Shown here in pieces: positions 27,901 to 37,485 of a stretch of DNA of 40,545 bases (position 1 is its first letter; each line of letters opens with the position of its first letter). Under the pieces are notes generated by a model. The model did no database searches and was not told the origin of the DNA. It saw only the letters and a program-made list of their open reading frames with translations. Position numbers and translations under genes: made by a program. The DNA lies in assembly GCA_046581755.1 (NCBI GenBank), contig JAYGFR010000323.1, positions 1 to 40,545 on the forward strand. Reading direction: 5' to 3'. Origin of the DNA: Nitrospinota bacterium (lineage in GTDB: Bacteria > UBA8248).

Positions 27901-29031
27901 TCAGGATCCGTGAGGGGACAGAATGACTTTCAGGCAGTCCCCCGTGCCCGTGATCTCGATTCCGGCCTGCACCTGAGAGAGCGGCATCCGGTGCGTAATG
28001 ATGTCGTCGATGGGGAGCGTGGTCCTCGACAACATATCGAGGGCGGGTTCGAACTGAATCTGGGGGTAGGCCCAGGAGCCCAAAATATCCACATCCTTGT
28101 TACAAATCTGATGGGGCCGGATTTCGACGCCGCCCGGATCGCCGTAGTGGCCAACCTCCACGAGCTTGCCCCCCCGGCGAACGAGGTCCAGGCCTTCCTC
28201 GAACGCCGCCGGCACGCCCGCCGCCTCGATAACGACGTCGGGCCCCACCCCGTCCGTCCATGAGAGAATCTGCTCCTTGCGCTCCTCGCGGGAGAGTTTC
28301 GAGAGGTTGACGAATCGGGTCGCACCGAACTTTTCGGCGAACGCAAGGCGCTCCCCGGACAAATCGACCGCGATGATTTCGCCCGCGCCCATGCTCCGGA
28401 GCGAGGCCACCACAAAAAGGCCGATGGGGCCCACACCCATCACCGCGCACCGCACACCCAGGCCGAATCCCTCACCGGCATACGGAACGCCCGGAGCCAA
28501 TGCCCGGCTGGCGGCCCGTTGCGCCACGGCGAGCGGCTCGGCCAGGGCCGCGCGCTCCAGGGGCAGGCCCTCCGGAAGTTTCAGGACAAAAGCATCCCCC
28601 GGGACATAGAGATATTCCGCAAAAGCCCCGAACAGGTGGGGCGCTTCGGCCGAAGTCCGAAACCCGAATACGCTCCGGTTCGGGCATAGCTGGGGCCGGT
28701 GCGGGACATGGATGCAAAACCAGCATTTCCCGCAGGCCTGCGTTCCCGGAACCACGGTAACGGCGTCTCCCTCTTTCAGGGGGCCGCCCACCACCTTCAT
28801 CGCCCGGTTCGCCAAGGGGCCGATGGCCTCGATGACGCCGCTGAATTCATGCCCCGGAATCACGGGCCAGGAGAGATTCATCTTGCCGGCGAACATGTGC
28901 TTGTCCGAACCGCAGATCCCGACCGCCGATATTTTCAGAAGCAGGGCATCCTCGGCCACATCGGGTTTGGGATATTCGCGCAGGCCAATCTCGCCCGGCT
29001 GGATCATCGTTGCGGCCTGAACGGTGGCCAT
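27901..29031 (-). CDS. Zn-dependent MDR dehydrogenase (threonine/sorbitol dehydrogenase-like)
   Basis: GICGSD, GHEF, CGKCWFC...C, EPLA and GVGPIG motifs. Confidence 0.9.
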   Translation of the reverse strand: MATVQAATMIQPGEIGLREYPKPDVAEDALLLKISAVGICGSDKHMFAGKMNLSWPVIPGHEFSGVIEAIGPLANRAMKVVGGPLKEGDAVTVVPGTQACGKCWFCIHVPHRPQLCPNRSVFGFRTSAEAPHLFGAFAEYLYVPGDAFVLKLPEGLPLERAALAEPLAVAQRAASRALAPGVPYAGEGFGLGVRCAVMGVGPIGLFVVASLRSMGAGEIIAVDLSGERLAFAEKFGATRFVNLSKLSREERKEQILSWTDGVGPDVVIEAAGVPAAFEEGLDLVRRGGKLVEVGHYGDPGGVEIRPHQICNKDVDILGSWAYPQIQFEPALDMLSRTTLPIDDIITHRMPLSQVQAGIEITGTGDCLKVILSPHGS

Positions 29032-29168
29032 AACCGGCTCTCCTTTCGGATAATGACCTCGGCGGTCATTCTCGAATGGGGTGGATGTGTTGCATATGCG
29101 GACTCTCCACCGTAATCTATCCCATCTCCCAAGGGCGCAAAAGGCACGGCCCGCTCGAATCGTCACCC

Positions 29169-30050
29169 ATGATGGAGAATCCCTCCTTGGTCCTCGAAAA
29201 AACGCTTGCCATATTCGGCTTCCCGCTTGGCCACACCATGTCCCCGGTGCTCCACAACGCGGCGGCGGCGGCGCTGGGCGAGCCCTACCGGTTCCTGGCC
29301 TACGAGGTCCGGCCCGAGCGGATCGAGGAGGCCTTTCGAGGCTCCCAGGCGATGGGATTCGCCGGCCTATGCATCACGATCCCCCATAAGATCGCGATTC
29401 ACGGCCTCGTGGACGAATTGAGCGAGGATGCCCGCATCATGGGTGCGGTCAATGTGGTGGTATTCGAGCCCGGCGGAAAATCGGTGGGCCACAACACCGA
29501 CGGAATCGGCTGGCTCCGCTCCCTGGAGGAGGAAACGGGCGAGACCCCCGAGGGGAAGCGGTGCCTGATCCTCGGCGCGGGAGGCGCCGCGCGGGCGGTC
29601 GGGGTGAAACTCGCCCAGTCCGGCGCCGCTCACATCGAAATTCGAAACCGGACCCCGGAAAAGGCCGAAGCCCTGGCCCGCTTCATCGGAGAAAAAGTGC
29701 CGGTCTCGGCGGTAAACGGGGGCGGGCTCGACGATCTCGCGGAGGCGGCGGCGGACCGCGAGATCATCGTGCACACTACGAGCCAGGGGATGACGGGCGA
29801 TCCCGCCCGGGAGTCCGCCATCCCCATTCCCGAGGAGGCCATTCCCAGCGGAGTCATCTGTACGGATGCCGTTTACAATCCGGTGGAAACGGTCTTCCTC
29901 AAGGCGGCCCGCGGCCGGGGAGCAAGGACGGTGAGCGGCATCGGCTGGTTCGTCAACCAAGGCGCCGCCGCCTGGAAATTATGGACCGGCACCGATATGC
30001 CCAAGGAGTTGACCCGAAAAAGCGTACTCGAGGCGCTTGGCGCCGCATAG
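29169..30050 (+). CDS. aroE: Shikimate dehydrogenase
   Basis: HTMSP.LHN, TIPHK, GAVN, NTDG.G, GAGGAARA, NRT and D.VYNP motifs. Confidence 0.9.
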   Translation: MMENPSLVLEKTLAIFGFPLGHTMSPVLHNAAAAALGEPYRFLAYEVRPERIEEAFRGSQAMGFAGLCITIPHKIAIHGLVDELSEDARIMGAVNVVVFEPGGKSVGHNTDGIGWLRSLEEETGETPEGKRCLILGAGGAARAVGVKLAQSGAAHIEIRNRTPEKAEALARFIGEKVPVSAVNGGGLDDLAEAAADREIIVHTTSQGMTGDPARESAIPIPEEAIPSGVICTDAVYNPVETVFLKAARGRGARTVSGIGWFVNQGAAAWKLWTGTDMPKELTRKSVLEALGAA

Positions 30051-30104
30051 ATTTCGAATACCTCACTTCATCATCCCCGAAACCGGACATAGAGGAATGA
30101 ACGC

Positions 30105-31295
30105 ATGACCGCTCCGCTCGAAGGACTGAGAGTCCTCGACCTGTCGCGAATTCTCGCGGGCCCTTTCTGTACCATGATGCTCGGCGACATGGGCGCCGAT
30201 GTCATCAAAGTCGAACACCCCCGGGGCGGGGACGACACGCGAAGCTGGCCTCCTTTCTACGAAGGGGGCGAGAGCACCTACTTCCAGTCGGTCAACCGCA
30301 ACAAAAAAAGTTTGACCCTCGATCTGAAGCTGGAGGAAGGGAAAAAAATTCTCCGACGGCTGGTGGAGCGATCCGACATCTTTATCCAGAATTTCCGCCC
30401 TGGCACCATTGAGCGTCTGGGATTCGGCTACGAGGAATGCAGCGCGCTGAATCCCCGCCTGATCTATGCCTCCATCTCGGGCTACGGTCAAAGCGGGCCC
30501 AGCCGGGAGCGGCCCGCCTACGACATCCTCCTCCAGGCGGAAGGCGGCCTGATGAGCATCACCGGGGAGCAGGAAGGTAATTCGTGCAAAACCGGGATCG
30601 CCATCGCCGACCTCACCACCGCCCTGTTCGCCATCCAGGGAATTCTCCTCGCCGTCATCGCCCGCGAGAAGTCCGGGCGCGGGCAGTTCATCGACATGGC
30701 GATCCAGGACGGCCAGGCGGCGCTAATGAGCCACGCGGCGGGGAATTTTTTCGGGACGGGAAAACCTCCGGGAAGGATGGGAAACCGCCATCCGAGCATA
30801 TGTCCCTACAGGGATTTTGCTTGCTCGGACGGCGTCCTCATCGTCGCGGCGGCGAATGATAGCCTTTGGGACCGGTTCGCGCGCACCATCGGCCGGGACG
30901 ATCTGGCGGAAAATCCGAAATGGAAAACCAACGACGGCCGCGTCAAGGGGCGGGACGAGCTGGAGGCGGAAATCGAGAAAATCCTCGCAACGAAAACCCG
31001 CGCCGAGTGGGGGAACATCATCTCCAAGGCGGGGATTCCCTGTGGGCCGGTGAAAGACATCGGCGAGGTGGCCTCCGACCCCCAGATCCTGCACCGCGAT
31101 ATGGTGGTCGAAATCGATCATGCGAAAACGGGCGTCCTGAAAATGATGGGTATTCCGGTCAAGCTCTCCGAAACACCGGGAGAGGTGAAGCTCCCCCCTC
31201 CCATCCTCGGCGAGCACACCGAGGAAATTCTCCGGGATCTGTTGGGTCAACCGCCCGAAGCGGTGGAATCCCTGCGAGAACAAGGCGTGATCTAG
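30105..31295 (+). CDS. CaiB/BaiF family III CoA-transferase
   Basis: LAGPFC, NRNKKS, NFRPG, AYD, IAD and PPILGEHT motifs. Confidence 0.93.
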   Translation: MTAPLEGLRVLDLSRILAGPFCTMMLGDMGADVIKVEHPRGGDDTRSWPPFYEGGESTYFQSVNRNKKSLTLDLKLEEGKKILRRLVERSDIFIQNFRPGTIERLGFGYEECSALNPRLIYASISGYGQSGPSRERPAYDILLQAEGGLMSITGEQEGNSCKTGIAIADLTTALFAIQGILLAVIAREKSGRGQFIDMAIQDGQAALMSHAAGNFFGTGKPPGRMGNRHPSICPYRDFACSDGVLIVAAANDSLWDRFARTIGRDDLAENPKWKTNDGRVKGRDELEAEIEKILATKTRAEWGNIISKAGIPCGPVKDIGEVASDPQILHRDMVVEIDHAKTGVLKMMGIPVKLSETPGEVKLPPPILGEHTEEILRDLLGQPPEAVESLREQGVI

Positions 31296-31507
31296 CGCCC
31301 AGTTTTCCTGGAGCCCCCGAACATCCTTGCCCTTCCTGTTTAGTGGGCACCTGAATGAGCCTTTGAACAAAAAATTTCACTCGCAAGAATCGCCGTCGGC
31401 ATGAATCCGATTCGGAACCGGCATTCTGGCTTCCGTCCCGGGCCATTACCGGATAGGATGAGGCTGCAATTTTCGAACGGCCCGAGGGACAAGGAAAGGG
31501 TGGAGTC

Positions 31508-32509
31508 CTGAGAACCATCACCTATTCCCCGAACTTCACGTTGGCGACCACTCTGTGGTGCGTGAACCGATGCGCCTATTGCAGTTTTCGGAGCGACGCG
31601 CCCATCATGATGCCCCTCGAGGAGTGCGAGCGCATCGGGCGGGCGGCCATCGGCGAGGGCGCCATCGAAGCCCTGATCATGACTGGCGAGGGCATCGACC
31701 GCCACCGGGGCCTTCGCGGACAGCTCGCCGAATGGGGATTCGGCTCCTACGCCGCCTACATCGCGGAGATCTGCCGCAGGTATTTGGATATGGGCCTGCT
31801 CCCCCACACCAACATCGGAACCCTGGAGGAATGGGAGCTCGAACTGCTCCAACCCTACAACGTGAGCATGGGCATGATGGTCGAGACGGTCAGCCCCGAG
31901 GCCACCCACATCGCCCACCGCGCGGCGCCGACGAAGGCACCCGAACTCCGCCTGGCCAGCCTCGAGGCCGCCGGGCGCCTTGGCATCGCTTTTACGACGG
32001 GAATCCTGATCGGAATCGGCGAGAAGCCCGCGGAACGGATCGAAGCGCTGGAGGCCATCGCGAATCTCCATGCCCGCTACGGCCATATTCAAGAGGTCAT
32101 CCTCCAGCCCCTGAACCCGCAAGAGGGAACGCCCATGGCCCGGTGGATGAGGCCGGGAGATGAAGAAATCGCCGAACTGATCCCCGAAGTCCGCCGCCTC
32201 ATGCCGGGCGTTCACGTCCAGGTGCCGCCCAACCTGGTGGACGACCTCCCATCCCTCCTCGAAGCGGGGGCGGACGATATCGGAGGCGTCGCCCATGAAC
32301 CCGACTACATCAATCCCGACCGTCCTTGGCCGAAGGTGGCTTCCCTCGGCCCGCAACTGCTCCGAAAAAATATGACCCTTCGCGTCCGGATGCCCATTTA
32401 CGATGAGTTCATCGACGCGGGGTGGTGTCCCCCTGCCGTCTCCGCCGCCCTCGGCAGCCAGTTGGCCCGGCGCGGGGAGATCGAGGCCGAATCCGTGGAG
32501 GTATCATGA
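31508..32509 (+). CDS. cofG: FO synthase subunit CofG (radical SAM); start uncertain
   Basis: TITYSPN...CVNRCAYC, LPHTN.G, SMGMMVE, H..APTK, FTTGILIGIGE, HIQEVILQ, QVPPNL and DYINP..PWP motifs. Confidence 0.92.
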   Translation: MRTITYSPNFTLATTLWCVNRCAYCSFRSDAPIMMPLEECERIGRAAIGEGAIEALIMTGEGIDRHRGLRGQLAEWGFGSYAAYIAEICRRYLDMGLLPHTNIGTLEEWELELLQPYNVSMGMMVETVSPEATHIAHRAAPTKAPELRLASLEAAGRLGIAFTTGILIGIGEKPAERIEALEAIANLHARYGHIQEVILQPLNPQEGTPMARWMRPGDEEIAELIPEVRRLMPGVHVQVPPNLVDDLPSLLEAGADDIGGVAHEPDYINPDRPWPKVASLGPQLLRKNMTLRVRMPIYDEFIDAGWCPPAVSAALGSQLARRGEIEAESVEVS

Positions 32510-33741
32510 CCCCCCCGGCAACGATGGAAATTCTCGACGCCTTCGAGGCAGGCGAGGACATTTCGAATTCGCACGCCGAAACCCTGATCGAGGAATCCGC
32601 GCCCGATGCCGTGGAGCGTCTCCACCTCCTCGCCGACGCCGAGCGAAAGGCCAGCGTTGGAGACGAGGTCAGCTATATCGTCAACGCCAACGTCAACTTC
32701 ACGAACGTTTGCTATACCGACTGCAAATACTGCGGTTTTTACCGCAGGCCGAGCGATCCGGATGCCTACACGCACGGCGATGACGTGTTGCGCGAAAAGT
32801 TCGGCCGTGCGCGGGATTTTGGCGTCACCGAAATCTGCATGCAGGGCGGCCTAAACCCCGCCATATCGCTCGACCGCTACGAGGAGGTCTTGCGGCTGGC
32901 GAAAGAGGTGATCCCCGGCGTTCATTTGCACGCCTACTCGCCGGCGGAGATTGACCATATCCAGCGGAAAACCCGGCTTCCCCTCGAAGTCATCCTGAGG
33001 AGGCTGAAGGATGCGGGCCTGGGCTCCATTCCGGGGACGGCGGCCGAAATCCTCGTCGAGCGCGTGAAAAAAATGATCAGCCCGAGGCGCATTCCCGTGG
33101 AGCGGTGGTGCGAGATCATCCGGACCGCCCATTCGGTGGGCATTCCGACCACCTCCACCATCATGTACGGACACGTCGAATCTCCCGGCGAGATCGCCAT
33201 CCATATGGGAATTCTCCGCACCATCCAGGCCGAGGCGGGCAAGGACAGCGAGGGCCGCTTCACCGAGTTCGTCCCGCTGCCGTTCATCCCCTACGACAAC
33301 ATGATGGGTGCCGAATTCGGCATCGAAAAAATGGCGGGGCTCGACTATGTATTCCGGATCCATGCCGTGGCGCGCCTGTTCTTCCGGAACCACATCAAGA
33401 ATATCCAGGTCGCATGGCCGAAAATCGGAATCGACGCGGCAAAGAAAGCGCTATCGCTGGGCGTGAACGATTTGGGCGGCACCCTGATCGAGGAGAACAT
33501 CACCCGCGAATCGGGAGCCGAATACGGCCAGGCGTTGACGGTCGAGCAGTTCCAGAAAGCCATTACCTCGGCTGGACGGATACCCGTGCAGCGCTCGACG
33601 ACCTACGAGCATATTTCGGAGAACGATCCGCGCTACCGGCCCCCCAGGCCGGAGGATGAGCAAATGCTCGGGACAAACGCGGCCGGGGGAAAGAAACGCA
33701 TTTCCCTGGGCCTCCTCGCGCCAGACCAAAATTCCAAATGA
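32506..33741 (+). CDS. cofH: FO synthase subunit CofH (radical SAM)
   Basis: NFTNVCYTDCKYC, PGTAAEIL, TIMYGHVE, FTEFVPLPF and NDLGGTL.EE.I motifs; ATGA overlap with cofG. Confidence 0.9.
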   Translation: MTPPATMEILDAFEAGEDISNSHAETLIEESAPDAVERLHLLADAERKASVGDEVSYIVNANVNFTNVCYTDCKYCGFYRRPSDPDAYTHGDDVLREKFGRARDFGVTEICMQGGLNPAISLDRYEEVLRLAKEVIPGVHLHAYSPAEIDHIQRKTRLPLEVILRRLKDAGLGSIPGTAAEILVERVKKMISPRRIPVERWCEIIRTAHSVGIPTTSTIMYGHVESPGEIAIHMGILRTIQAEAGKDSEGRFTEFVPLPFIPYDNMMGAEFGIEKMAGLDYVFRIHAVARLFFRNHIKNIQVAWPKIGIDAAKKALSLGVNDLGGTLIEENITRESGAEYGQALTVEQFQKAITSAGRIPVQRSTTYEHISENDPRYRPPRPEDEQMLGTNAAGGKKRISLGLLAPDQNSK

Positions 33742-33748
33742 GGAAAAG

Positions 33749-35193
33749 TTGAAAGACCCCCTCTACCATCCCCTGTTCAAGGACATGATGAACGATGTGG
33801 GGGATGCCGGAAGCTGCTGCCAGTGCGGAAGCTGCGTGCTCGTCTGTCCCCACAACATCATCGAGTATGTGGATGGCTACCCGAAGCAGACCGCCAAAAA
33901 GAGCGCCGATTTCGATTACTGCGGCATCAGCGAAGGGATCGGTTGCGACGTATGCGCCTCGGCCTGCCCCCGCCTGTGGCCCCGCGAGATCCACCTGCGC
34001 GACGCCGAGTTCCGGGGCAGCCGCCCCTATGAGGGCATCTTCGGGGTCTATCGAAATATTTTGTGGCCCGCACCCAGCGGGAGGATATCCAGGAGCGCGC
34101 CCAGGACGGCGGAATCGTGACGGCCTTGCTGGCGTGGGCCCTGGAGCGGGGGCAAATCGACGGCGCCGTCGTATCCGCCGTGGGCGAGGACGGTCCGCCC
34201 TGTTTCCCCAGCCCGAAGGTGGTGACCTCGTATGAGGAAATCCGCGCGAGCGCGGGGAGTTGGTACACCTATTGCCCCAATAACCTTGCGCTCGAATCCG
34301 TAAAGGAGCGAGACCTGAAAAAGGTCGCCTTCGTCGGCGTCCCCTGCCAGATCACCCCGCTTCGAAAAATGGAGCTCATCGATCCATTTTATCCGCTGTA
34401 CCATAAAAAACGGCCCCAGCATATTGAAAAGCAGCGCGGTTTTCTCCGCGGATATCAGGATAGGGTGGCGTTTCAAATCGGCCTTTTCTGCACTGAGGTG
34501 TTCACCCCCGAGTTGATGACCGAGAAAATCGAGGGCGAAATGGGGATACCGCTCTCGGAGGTTTCCAAATTCAACGTCAAGGGCGAGGTGTTGATCTACA
34601 AAAAGAACGGAGATATCGAGACCTTGCCCCTCCAGGAGGCGATGGAAAACTATCAACGGCCTGAGTGCGGCCACTGCGGCGACTTTTCGGCCGAGCTTGC
34701 CGATATCGCCTGCGGCGGGATCGGCACCCGCGGATGGACCATCGTCATTCTCCGCACCCAAAAGGGCGTGGACATCTGGAACGAATTCGAAAAAGAAGGC
34801 CTCCTCGAAACGAAACCGATTCAAGAGAACCGGCGCGCCTGGAACATCCTTCAAATTCTTTCCCGGAGGCAGCGCAACCGGGTGCCCGAACTTGGGCCCC
34901 GAAGCGGAACCGCCGCCGGACTCCCCCAATACAGCGCCCGGGAGGAGGCCGATTTTTCGGCAGCCGCGATGGAGGGAAGTTCCAAAACCGCCGAAGAGAT
35001 GGAAGAGTGCCTCGCCACCGCCTATCAGGATGAAGACCGGCCGGCGGAGGTGATTGGCTATATGGCGGGAAGCCCCATTCCGGGCGATCCGGGCGACCCG
35101 CCTCCGGGCGAAAAGCGGAAGCTCCCTCCTCCTCCCACCCCCGAGCAAGGCGGTGCGCCGCCCGGATGGGCGCCAGCCGAAAACCCGGCATGA
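33749..35193 (+). CDS. FrhB/FdhB/FpoF-family F420-interacting oxidoreductase with an N-terminal 2x[4Fe-4S] ferredoxin domain; apparent -1 frameshift at T4 34059-34062
   Basis: CCQCGSCVLVCP and C..CDVCASACP, then QDGGIVT, AGSWY, VGVPCQ, IGLFC, C..C.DFSAELADIA.G and RT.KG. TTG start with GAGG RBS. Confidence 0.85.
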
Positions 35194-35819
35194 ACGATCC
35201 GCAGCTCTCCCTCGCCCTCGGCAATCTTTCCCTCGCCGATTCGCTCCTGGGACGCCGGTCCATACGGAGATTCTCCGATAGGCCCGTCGATCTGGGCATC
35301 ATCGAACGGGCCATCGCCGCGGCATGCCTCGCCCCGAGCCCGCACGGTAGCTCGCCCTGGAGGTTTTGCGTGTTGTCGTCAGAGGAGAGTAAAAAAATTC
35401 TGGCCGAAATGATGGGGCGGGAATTTTTGCGCGACATGGAAAAAGAGGGCCTCTCCGAAGCCGAGCGCACTCGGAGGCACAGCGGAAGCATCCGCCTGCT
35501 GACCAGGGCGCCGGTCCTGATTCTCGCCGCGCTTTCATATGCCCAGCTCGACGAATACGGCGACCCGGGGAAACAGGCCAACGAGTACATGATGGCCGAA
35601 CACAGCCTGGGAGCCGCGCTGCAAAACCTGATGCTCGCTCTCACGGCCGAGGGAATCGGCACTCTTTGGCGGTGCGCTCCGCTTTTTTGTCCCGAAACCG
35701 CCCGGGCGGCGCTGGAACTCCCGGCCGATTGGGTTCCGCGAGCCCTCATCCTCGCCGGTTATCCGGATGGCGCGCCCCCGCCCAAGGACCCCCCCCAACC
35801 CGAGGTATTGACCCGATGA
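35190..35819 (+). CDS. Nitroreductase-family protein, similar to the FbiB C-terminal domain / FbiE dehydro-F420 reductase
   Basis: RRSIRRF, APSPHGSSPWRF, APVLI, GAALQNL.LAL..EG.G..W.CAPLFCP. ATGA overlaps on both sides. Confidence 0.85.
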   Translation: MNDPQLSLALGNLSLADSLLGRRSIRRFSDRPVDLGIIERAIAAACLAPSPHGSSPWRFCVLSSEESKKILAEMMGREFLRDMEKEGLSEAERTRRHSGSIRLLTRAPVLILAALSYAQLDEYGDPGKQANEYMMAEHSLGAALQNLMLALTAEGIGTLWRCAPLFCPETARAALELPADWVPRALILAGYPDGAPPPKDPPQPEVLTR

Positions 35820-36784
35820 TCGCCTCCTGCCCGGTTGTCGCTCTCGCGGGCGGGGTCGGAGGCGCGAAACTCGCCGTCGGCCTCGCCGCCGCCCTGCCAC
35901 CCGGCGCCCTGACCGTCATCGTGAACACGGCGGACGATCTCACCCTCCACGGACTTCATATCAGCCCCGACCTGGACACGGTCATGTACAACCTCGCCGG
36001 ACTCTCCGATTCCGGACAGGGATGGGGAATTAAGGCCGACACCACCGGCGCCCTCGATCTTCTCGGCCGCTACGGTGGGCCGACCTGGTTCCGTCTCGGG
36101 GATATCGACATGGCCACCCACATTCGCCGGACCCAGCGCCTCTCGGAGGGCGCCCGGCTCACAGAGGTCACGGCGGAGTTGTGCTCCGCCCTGAACATCC
36201 AGGCACGGGTCCTGCCGATGACGGACTCCCCCGTGGCGACCCGGGTCATGACGCCCGTGGGAGAGCTGGAGTTTCAGGATTATTTCGTGGCGCGGGGAAC
36301 TCGGCCGCATGTTACGGGAGTCCGCTTCCAGGGTGCGGACAGCGCCGAGGCGACTCCGGAGGTTTTTAACGCGCTCCGGGAGGCAAAAACCATTGTGTAC
36401 TGTCCGTCGAATCCGATTGTCAGCTTGGGCCCGATTTTGGCGATAAAAGGGATTCGCGAGGGATTGAGGGAAAAACTCCACCGGCCCCGCGTGGGCGTGA
36501 GTCCCATCATCGGCGGCGCCGCTCTGCGGGGACCGGCCGCCGAAATGCTGAAAAGCCTGGGACACGATGTTTCCGCTCTCGGTGCGGCCGAAATCTTGCG
36601 CGAATATCTGGACGCATTTGTCATCGACGAGAAGGATGCGCATCTCTTGGCATCGTTCGAACATTCGGGAATCCGGGCGCGGGCGGCCCAAAGCGTGATG
36701 TCCGACCTGTCTTCCAAGAAGCGTCTGGCGCAAGAGGTGCTGGATTTCGCGGAAAATATCCGGGGCCAGGCATCGGCGGGCTGA
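35816..36784 (+). CDS. cofD: 2-phospho-L-lactate/PEP transferase CofD (FbiA)
   Basis: LAGGVGGAK, VNTADD, ISPDLDTVMY, WFRLGD.D.ATH, FQDYFV and PSNP motifs. Confidence 0.95.
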   Translation: MIASCPVVALAGGVGGAKLAVGLAAALPPGALTVIVNTADDLTLHGLHISPDLDTVMYNLAGLSDSGQGWGIKADTTGALDLLGRYGGPTWFRLGDIDMATHIRRTQRLSEGARLTEVTAELCSALNIQARVLPMTDSPVATRVMTPVGELEFQDYFVARGTRPHVTGVRFQGADSAEATPEVFNALREAKTIVYCPSNPIVSLGPILAIKGIREGLREKLHRPRVGVSPIIGGAALRGPAAEMLKSLGHDVSALGAAEILREYLDAFVIDEKDAHLLASFEHSGIRARAAQSVMSDLSSKKRLAQEVLDFAENIRGQASAG

Positions 36785-36831
36785 TGCTATGATGCGGATG
36801 GGTAACACTCACTGAACGAGAGATTTTTTTG

Positions 36832-37485
36832 ATGGCAAATCCACATCCATGCATCGCGCTCATACCGGCCAGGGATTTTCGTTCGGGAAAATCGCGGCTG
36901 GCCGATGTCCTGAGCGATGACGAGCGCGCGGAATTGGGGAAATGGATGTTTGAGCGGGTCCTGCGCGCGGCCGGATCGGCGGTGGGCGTGGACGAAATCG
37001 CGGTCCTGAGCGATGGAGATTCCGTTCTTTCCATAACCGAAAAAAATGGCGCGGTGGGCATCAGGTGCCCGGCGCGGGAGTTGAACGAAGACCTGGAAGC
37101 GGGCCAAAGGTGGGCGCTTGAAAGAAAGGCGCGCACGATTCTGGTCATCCCCGCGGACCTGCCGGCGCTGGAGCCTCCGGACATTGATGCGATGATCGGG
37201 CAGGGCGATGAACGCCGATACCCTGGAGGTTGCGCCGTCATGGTCTCCTCCCCGGACGGCGGGACGAACGGGCTGTTCATCCGGCCGGCCGGCCGGCTTG
37301 CGTTTCATTTCGGCCCGGACAGCTTCGCGCGGCACCGCGATGCGGCGCGATCCAGCCATCTTCCATTCATTTCATTCCAAAATTCGGGGTTCGGCATGGA
37401 TGTGGACACTCCCTCGGACTTGACTGTCCTTTCCGAAAGGGGGATTCCGCTTCCCAAATGGCTGGCTGCGATTTCTCTCCCATGA
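36832..37485 (+). CDS. cofC: 2-phospho-L-lactate/PEP guanylyltransferase CofC (FbiD)
   Basis: KSRLA..L, LN, PADLP, GGTN, FG.DSF.RH and DVDTPSDL motifs. Confidence 0.93.
   Translation: MANPHPCIALIPARDFRSGKSRLADVLSDDERAELGKWMFERVLRAAGSAVGVDEIAVLSDGDSVLSITEKNGAVGIRCPARELNEDLEAGQRWALERKARTILVIPADLPALEPPDIDAMIGQGDERRYPGGCAVMVSSPDGGTNGLFIRPAGRLAFHFGPDSFARHRDAARSSHLPFISFQNSGFGMDVDTPSDLTVLSERGIPLPKWLAAISLP

Noticed and set aside
32506..33741. MqnC/MqnE (futalosine pathway) assignment
   Set aside because: Coupling to cofG and the cofCDE context favour CofH.
33640..33749. CofH-FrhB fusion, or an FrhB-like start at 33656/33664
   Set aside because: These need extra indels or an 86-bp overlap. TTG 33749 with a GAGG RBS just after the cofH stop explains the junction without them.
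33749..35193. Hydrogenase subunit or BciB vinyl reductase
   Set aside because: No frhA/frhG or chlorophyll genes are nearby, and the gene sits inside the F420 operon.
36796..36834. In-frame TGA upstream of cofC as a second Sec codon
   Set aside because: It is not in a Cys-motif context, and CofC is complete from ATG 36832.
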